A stretch of 12,613 nt of DNA from an uncultured archaeon (GTDB taxonomy: Archaea; Iainarchaeota; Iainarchaeia; Iainarchaeales; DTGL01): NCBI GenBank assembly GCA_964551725.1, contig CAZKED010000028.1:1-12613 (forward strand), read 5' to 3'. Below, one piece after another: positions 7,685-12,613 of the stretch. How positions within the stretch are numbered: position 1 is the stretch's first letter; the number at the start of each line of letters is the position of its first letter. The notes under the pieces were generated by a model. It saw only the letters and a program-made list of their open reading frames with translations. It searched no databases and had not been told where the DNA came from. The translations under genes and the position numbers were made by a program.

Positions 7685-8454
7685 CATGAGACCTGATTTG
7701 CCGGCATTGGCGGAATACGCAAAAAAAACCGGCTACGAGTACATAGTGTTGCAGACAAACGGCAGAATGCTTTACTACAGGAATTACTGTGAAAGACTGG
7801 TGAACGCAGGCATTGACTGCTTCATGTTCGGCTTTCACGGAACAAACGCAAAAACCCACGACTTCATTTCGCAGTGCAGCGGTGCTTTCGAGCAGGCGCT
7901 CCAGGGGGGTGAGGAACATAAAGCAACTCAATAAAAGTGTCACAGTAAATTATATAGTGAGCAAAATAAATTACGCCGAACTTCCCGAAGCGGTCAGGCT
8001 TTTTGCCGGCATGGATATTGACAAGTGCATTTTTTCCTTCATAAGCTGCGACGGCAACGCAAAGAAAAACATTGATTTGCTGCTTCCGCGCATGACGGAA
8101 GTGATGCCCCACATCCACAAAGCGCTCGACATTGCAATCGAGGCAGACCTGCCCGCAACAGTCTGCTCTTACCCCCTTTGCTTCCTGCGCGGCTATGAAA
8201 AGCACTGCGAGGAACTTCACGCCCCGGTGAAGTACATAAGGGACGCCGAAATCCTGTGGGAAAACTTCCACAAGATAAGCGAAGAGAAAGCCAGGGTGGA
8301 AGGAGCGCCGTGCAGGCAGTGCGGGTATGAATTGCTATGCGCTGGTCCGAGAAGGGACTACGTTGAAAAATTCGGATGGAACGAGTTCAGTCCTGTGCCG
8401 GGAGAAAAAATCCTTTCAGCGGAAGAATTGCTTGAAGCGGAGGGAAACGGCTGA
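7497..8454 (+). pseudogene. Radical SAM protein, HxsC-like (paralog 2), frameshifted at G6 run 7904-7909; 318 aa if one G is removed
   Basis: The 5' half (ORF 7470..7934, probable ATG 7497) has CNNNCISC, LTGGEPT and LQTNGR. The 3' half (ORF 7813..8454) has YPLCFL and CRQCGYELLCAG. Deleting one G gives ALQGVRNIKQL, collinear with AIQGVKNLKEL in paralog 1. It may be an intact gene with a sequencing error. Confidence 0.85.
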
Positions 8455-8530
8455 ACCGCTCTAACGCCCTGCATACTGCAGCATTTTTTCCCGGCGTATT
8501 TCCCGCGGTATTCACGCATTCCTGTTGAGC

Positions 8531-8541
8531 ACTTTTTAAAT
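8531..8541 (+). promoter_or_regulatory. Putative TATA box for the HxsB-like gene
   Basis: ACTTTTTAAAT with the TATA core ending 32 nt before the ATG at 8573, within a 118-nt intergenic gap. Confidence 0.5.
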
Positions 8542-8572
8542 GTTATCCACTCAATTTATTAGTGGATTAAAA

Positions 8573-10018
8573 ATGGTCAAAAGCTATTTTGCGCCCACTT
8601 TAAGGGAACAATACATTTTGAACAATTTCAATGCCCACAAGTTCGACGAGAACAACTTTCTTGTCACGACAGAGCACGGCTCGTGGGTTTTGCTCAACAA
8701 GCAGGAGTACGAACTGCTGAGACTGCACAAGCTGGACGAAGACCCCAACCTATTCAAAGAGCTCAAGGAAAAAGGAGTAATACTGTCAGAGGACAACGTT
8801 GAAAAAGTGGTGGATTCCTACAGAGAAAGGTTTTCCTTTCTTTTCCAAGGCGCATCGCTCCACATTGTCGTTCCCACGCTGCGCTGCAACCAGCGCTGCA
8901 TTTACTGCCATTCCCGCGCGGTACCGGATTCCGGCAAGGGCTTTGACATGGACGAAAAAACTGCGAGAGCAGTCGTTGACTTCATATTCAAGACCCCCTC
9001 ACCGGTTATCACAATAGAGTTCCAGGGAGGGGACTGCCTCCTCAACTTTGAAACCGTTGAATTCATAATGGACTACGCGAGGAAGAAAGAAAAAGAAAGC
9101 AAAAAAAAGCTCCGCTTTGCAATTGTAACAAACCTCACCAAAATGGACGAGTCAATACTGAAAAGCCTCAAAGACAGGGGAATAAAATCGCTGTCCACTT
9201 CCCTCGACGGACCCAAGGAACTGCACGACAGGAACAGGAAATACTTGGACGGAACCGGCAGCTATGACGACGTTGTTTACTGGATTAAAAAAATAAAGGA
9301 GGAATGGAAGGACTTACATCTTACGGCGATGAGCACTACAACGCGTTATTCCTTCGACTTCGGCGATGAACTGGTTGACGAGTACATTGACCTGGGATTT
9401 AACGACGTGTGGCTCAGACCATTGAACAATATCGGCTTTGCAGCAGAGTCCTGGAAAAAAATAGGATACTCTGCAGAGGAATACCTCGATTTTTACAAAA
9501 AAGAACTCGAATACATAGTGGAAAAGAATCGCGCGGGCACTCCCGTGCGCGAATTAATGACCTCAATAATGCTTAAGAGAATTCTCCTGAAGGGGGATGC
9601 GCGTTTCACCGACATCCAGAGCCCCTGCGGCGCGGCAATAGGGCAAATACTCTACAAATACAACGGCGACATTCACACGTGCGACGAAGGCAAGCTCTTC
9701 GACGAATTCAGGCTCGGGGATGTTTTCAGTACTCCCTATTCCGGCATATATGAAAACCAGACACTCGAGGCAATGATTGACATTTCCTCCAAAAAGAATT
9801 ATTTGTGCGACGCATGCGTCTGGAGCCCTTACTGCGGCATATGCCCAATTTACTCCTATGCCGCGCAGGGAACCATTGTTTCGAAGCTTGCAATGGACGA
9901 CAAGTGCAGGATAATGCAAGGGCTGATAGAACACATATTCAGAAAAATGCTTTTCTCAGAACGCCACAAAAAACTGTTTTTGGAATGGCTTGGGCAGTAC
10001 AACCTCAGGAGAAAATGA
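8573..10018 (+). CDS. hxsB: His-Xaa-Ser system radical SAM maturase HxsB-like (rSAM + SPASM)
   Basis: LHIVVPTLRCNQRCIYC, DM..KTA..VVDFIF..PSP.ITIEFQGG, STSLDGP..LHD.NR, SPCGAAIGQ..Y.YNGDIHTCDE and CDACVWSPYCGICP...C resemble HxsB. It has an N-terminal extension of about 90 aa. ATG 8573 is preferred because ATG 8540 overlaps the TATA box. Confidence 0.85.
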   Translation: MVKSYFAPTLREQYILNNFNAHKFDENNFLVTTEHGSWVLLNKQEYELLRLHKLDEDPNLFKELKEKGVILSEDNVEKVVDSYRERFSFLFQGASLHIVVPTLRCNQRCIYCHSRAVPDSGKGFDMDEKTARAVVDFIFKTPSPVITIEFQGGDCLLNFETVEFIMDYARKKEKESKKKLRFAIVTNLTKMDESILKSLKDRGIKSLSTSLDGPKELHDRNRKYLDGTGSYDDVVYWIKKIKEEWKDLHLTAMSTTTRYSFDFGDELVDEYIDLGFNDVWLRPLNNIGFAAESWKKIGYSAEEYLDFYKKELEYIVEKNRAGTPVRELMTSIMLKRILLKGDARFTDIQSPCGAAIGQILYKYNGDIHTCDEGKLFDEFRLGDVFSTPYSGIYENQTLEAMIDISSKKNYLCDACVWSPYCGICPIYSYAAQGTIVSKLAMDDKCRIMQGLIEHIFRKMLFSERHKKLFLEWLGQYNLRRK

Positions 10019-10026
10019 ATTCACTT

Positions 10027-10245
10027 TCAATCCTTTTTCTTTTTGAAGGAAATTTCAAACCCCTTGCCTGTTTCAAAAACCATTGCCTTTTCCGCCCTAT
10101 AATGGCGCGCTTCGTATGCGAGTTCTTCCAGCGCTTTTTCCCCGGCTTTTGCGGGAGAACTCGCCCTCACAAAGCCCAGCACTTCGTAGTGTTCCTTTCC
10201 CTTGAATATAACCGCGTAATCCCTCTTTTTCTCCTTTTTCCCCAT
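10027..10245 (-). CDS. Small basic hypothetical protein (72 aa)
   Basis: The ATG directly follows the rSAM stop (TGAATG), and the ORF fills the gap to the convergent hxsB stop (8 nt). Lys/Glu-rich composition like neighbouring genes. No family recognised. Confidence 0.7.
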   Translation of the reverse strand: MGKKEKKRDYAVIFKGKEHYEVLGFVRASSPAKAGEKALEELAYEARHYRAEKAMVFETGKGFEISFKKKKD

Positions 10246-11358
10246 TCAGGATTCCTCAATGAAATATTCGTTTAATTTCTCCTCTTGCCTGATGTTTTTT
10301 TTGAATTTTTTTCCCGGGAGTTTCTCGAACAGCCTCCAGCACTGCGGGTCCGGGGCAAAGGCGTTCCCGTAATACCCTGCACTGATGCACTTGGCTCCCC
10401 CGCGGCATTCAATCCAGTAGGGACATTCCCTGCATTCTTTGCCGGCATTGTTCAGGTTCCTTAGTTCCCTGAGTTTTTTGGAATTGTAGTATATTTCAAG
10501 CAGGCTTTCTTCGAGGGCGTTCCCCGCCTTTACAGGCAGTCTCCTGCAGGGGTAAACGTCCGCGTTCGGCATAACGCTGAAGGAAAGGTATGCAGCGGAG
10601 CACCCTTCCGGGTTATAGTGGAAGTTTTGGGCGAGGAGCCCGTCCTCGCATCCCAGCCCCATGCTGAAACCCGAACCTCTTTCCTTCAATTCAAAATTCT
10701 TGCTGAAAACGTAATAGTAAAGCTTTTTGACTTCCGAGGGCGAGAGCATTAGTTCTTTCATTTTCCTTCCCCTGCCTATTGGAACAAACCGCCTTATTCC
10801 CATGAAGCTGATTCCCTCGCTTTCGCAGAACTCAGCCATCCTGGGGACCTCAAGAAGATTGGCTTTTGTTGTTGTCATTGAAATGCTGACATCCATGCCT
10901 TCGTTCCTCAGCGCCCTGATTCCCCTGACCGCTTTTTCAAAGGAGCCCTTTCCCCTGATGGCATCGTTTGCCTTTTCAAGTCCCTCAAGGCTCACCTGGA
11001 CGTTGTAAACCCCGAGTTCCTTTATTTTCCTAGCGGTTTTCCCGTCCATTTTTGTCGCATTGCTCATAAGCGCGTAACGCGTTCTTTCCCTGTTCTCGTA
11101 AAGCCTTTCCAGGAATTCGAAGAGGTCCTTTCTCTCAAGGGGTTCTCCCCCCGTAATGGATACGCGCGTTCTTTCCTTTGAAAGCCCCCATTTCCCGACC
11201 ATTTCCAGGTATTGGTCCAAAACGGAGAAAAGCTGTTCGAGGGTCAGTTCGTTCTTCAGGAATTTCGGGTTAAAGTAGCAGTGCTTGCATTTGAGGTTGC
11301 ATCTTTCCGTAATATGCCATTGCAGGTGGAAAGACTTCGGCTTAAAGGTTCCGCGCAT
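10246..11358 (-). CDS. Radical SAM/SPASM domain protein (peptide-maturase or PqqE/NirJ-like)
   Basis: FHLQWHITERCNLKCKHCY, ITGGEP, VQVSLEG...NDAIRGKGSF; full SPASM Cys set CSAA...DVYPC...CRECPYWIECRGGAKC...PDPQC. Confidence 0.92.
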   Translation of the reverse strand: MRGTFKPKSFHLQWHITERCNLKCKHCYFNPKFLKNELTLEQLFSVLDQYLEMVGKWGLSKERTRVSITGGEPLERKDLFEFLERLYENRERTRYALMSNATKMDGKTARKIKELGVYNVQVSLEGLEKANDAIRGKGSFEKAVRGIRALRNEGMDVSISMTTTKANLLEVPRMAEFCESEGISFMGIRRFVPIGRGRKMKELMLSPSEVKKLYYYVFSKNFELKERGSGFSMGLGCEDGLLAQNFHYNPEGCSAAYLSFSVMPNADVYPCRRLPVKAGNALEESLLEIYYNSKKLRELRNLNNAGKECRECPYWIECRGGAKCISAGYYGNAFAPDPQCWRLFEKLPGKKFKKNIRQEEKLNEYFIEES

Positions 11359-11382
11359 TAGGAATAGTGCGCGCGTATAAGG

Positions 11383-11391
11383 TTATAAAAA
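11383..11391 (-). promoter_or_regulatory. Putative TATA box for a leaderless rSAM/SPASM transcript
   Basis: Minus strand TTTTTATAA ends 24 nt before the ATG at 11358, with an A-tract upstream and no SD. Confidence 0.55.
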
Positions 11392-11438
11392 TATTGATTT
11401 TTTTTTCCGCTGCCGCTCCGCTGAAAGATTTCCCGGCA

Positions 11439-12476
11439 TCACATCAGCGCTTTTAAAAAAATTCCCCTGCAGAAAAGCGTGAGCAGGTAGCCGCAAAAAA
11501 TAAAGAATGCGAAAGGCTGGGTTTGGTTTACCAGAACAGAGTCAAATTCCAGTTTCTTTTTCTCCTTCAGTTTCTTTATTTTTTTCACGTCCTTTTCGCT
11601 CAGTTCCAGGAGACCGTGGATGTATTTTTCTTTTCTCTTGAAAAAGAAGCCGACAAGGCTCATTTCCAGAATATCGGCTTTTTTGAATTCCTTTCCGTCC
11701 TTTTTTATTCCCTCCGCCAGCGTGACCCCCGGCTCCAGGTCTTCGATTTTGACCTCTTTCGTATAAACCTTGAACGCAAGGTACAGTATGAAGAAGCGGA
11801 AGAAAACAAAAATGCCCATGAGCAGTGCAAAGTCGTAAACAAAGGAAAGAGTGTAAACGTTTTTGAAGTCCAGCACCATCCTCAAAACAGCGAATCCGAG
11901 GAATGCGAGTTCTGTTTTGAAAGTGAAGAATTTCTGCAGCAGTTCAAATGCGGCGAAAAGTATTATTATGTAAACGAAATAATTCTCCGGGATTCCCGCA
12001 AGCGCTATTATTTGAGAAACAAACCACACAAAACCCGACAGTATCACTGCAATCATTGTAATCTTGTAGGGGTCGAGCGAGTAAGCGATTGCCTCTTTGA
12101 GCACGTCCATCTTGCTCCTGTAAAGAATGACAAAGAACATGAACAAAAAAATGGGCACAAAGGAGTTGAAAAGCAAGTCCATTGCCAGGTCATGGGACAA
12201 GTAATAAGCGGGAGGAAAAAAGAACATGAGCGCCCAGAAAAGTTTGGCGTCACCGGCAGGCCATATTCCCACGAACCAAAGCAAGAGGCAGCTGAACAAA
12301 CCGTATAGCACGCTGTAAGCAAAAGCCACAAGCGGAGGACCTGAAAGGAACTGGAAGACGATTCCGAGCAGGAGCAGCGCGAGAACGGCATAGTTGGGGA
12401 TTCTCCCGTATCGGAAATCGGAAAAGGAAACAAACAGGCATATTGCAACAACCAGCGGAAGAAAAAATTCAATCAT
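11439..12476 (-). CDS. A24-family class III signal (prepilin/preflagellin) peptidase, long EppA/PibD-like form
   Basis: First catalytic Asp in SFSDFRYGRIPN, second in WPAGDAKL (GxGD-like), about 9-10 hydrophobic segments, cytoplasmic insert EVKIEDLEPGVTLAE and terminal PFAFFIFCGYLLT. AGGTG SD at 12484-12488 lies 7 nt before the ATG at 12476. Confidence 0.88.
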   Translation of the reverse strand: MIEFFLPLVVAICLFVSFSDFRYGRIPNYAVLALLLLGIVFQFLSGPPLVAFAYSVLYGLFSCLLLWFVGIWPAGDAKLFWALMFFFPPAYYLSHDLAMDLLFNSFVPIFLFMFFVILYRSKMDVLKEAIAYSLDPYKITMIAVILSGFVWFVSQIIALAGIPENYFVYIIILFAAFELLQKFFTFKTELAFLGFAVLRMVLDFKNVYTLSFVYDFALLMGIFVFFRFFILYLAFKVYTKEVKIEDLEPGVTLAEGIKKDGKEFKKADILEMSLVGFFFKRKEKYIHGLLELSEKDVKKIKKLKEKKKLEFDSVLVNQTQPFAFFIFCGYLLTLFCRGIFLKALM

Positions 12477-12513
12477 CAACAAACACCTTTCTCGCAGTTC
12501 CTCCGATAAAATT

Positions 12514-12530
12514 ATTTTAAATCACTTTTT
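12514..12530 (-). promoter_or_regulatory. Putative BRE/TATA promoter for the A24 peptidase gene
   Basis: Minus strand AAAAAGTGATTTAAAAT lies about 26 nt upstream of the SD. Confidence 0.45.
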
Positions 12531-12594
12531 ATTATGTTGCATTGCCCTGCCGCCGTTTTTGGCTCTTTTGTTTTTCCCCAACGCTCAATGAATA

Positions 12595-12606
12595 ACTTTT
12601 TAAATA
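12595..12606 (+). promoter_or_regulatory. Putative TATA box for a divergent gene starting just beyond the window
   Basis: ACTTTTTAAATA; the first 11 nt are identical to the element upstream of hxsB. Confidence 0.35.
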
Positions 12607-12613
12607 ACAAGTG

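Noticed and set aside
6496-8271. Minus-strand ORFs 6496..6786, 6536..7174, 7528..7758, 7650..7943 and 7864..8271
   Set aside because: Antisense shadows of the rSAM paralogs.
7470-8454. Treating 7470..7934 and 7813..8454 as two separate genes, or as a programmed frameshift
   Set aside because: They are collinear halves of one paralog. A +1 shift would be needed, and I see no canonical slippery heptamer or stimulatory structure.
8358-8519. 53-aa minus-strand ORF (MREYRGKYAGKKCCSMQG...) as a possible precursor peptide
   Set aside because: About 95 nt are antisense to the conserved 3' end of rSAM paralog 2; there are no HxS repeats and no leader or class III pattern.
11365-11379. Near-palindrome TAGTGCGCGCGTATA between the TATA box and ATG of the rSAM/SPASM gene
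   Set aside because: Short and driven by CG dinucleotides, with a single occurrence; it cannot be told apart from chance.
11523-12308. 261-aa plus-strand ORF
   Set aside because: Antisense shadow of the hydrophobic peptidase gene, with no recognisable motifs.
12394-12591. 65-aa plus-strand ORF with a hydrophobic C-terminus
   Set aside because: It overlaps the peptidase start and promoter in antisense, has a non-ATG start and lacks supporting signals.
1-12613. CRISPR arrays, tRNA/rRNA genes, IS elements
   Set aside because: All intergenic gaps are under 150 nt, and I saw no regular repeat-spacer structure, cloverleaf, transposase or terminal inverted repeats.

Overview
Gene-dense archaeal-looking window: TATA-box promoters about 25-30 nt before ATGs, an archease-RtcB pair, a FlaK/PibD/EppA-type peptidase and an archaeosortase-like C-terminal tail. 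A DPANN-type host is plausible but is inference only. The left half holds a membrane-anchored hypothetical gene and a minus-strand run of a secreted 4xPKD surface protein, rpiB, archease and rtcB. The rtcB gene is interrupted by a 500-aa LAGLIDADG intein inserted just before its metal-binding Cys. The right half is a cluster of four radical SAM genes: two tandem HxsC-like paralogs (the second broken by one extra G in a G6 run), an HxsB-like rSAM/SPASM enzyme with an unusual GGDC motif, and a convergent rSAM/SPASM enzyme coupled to a 72-aa ORF. An A24 prepilin-type peptidase lies next to them. The best candidate for an undescribed system is this multi-rSAM plus class III signal peptidase locus, possibly a pathway that radically modifies a pilin-like or exported peptide. 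No His-Xaa-Ser precursor or HxsD is visible inside the window.
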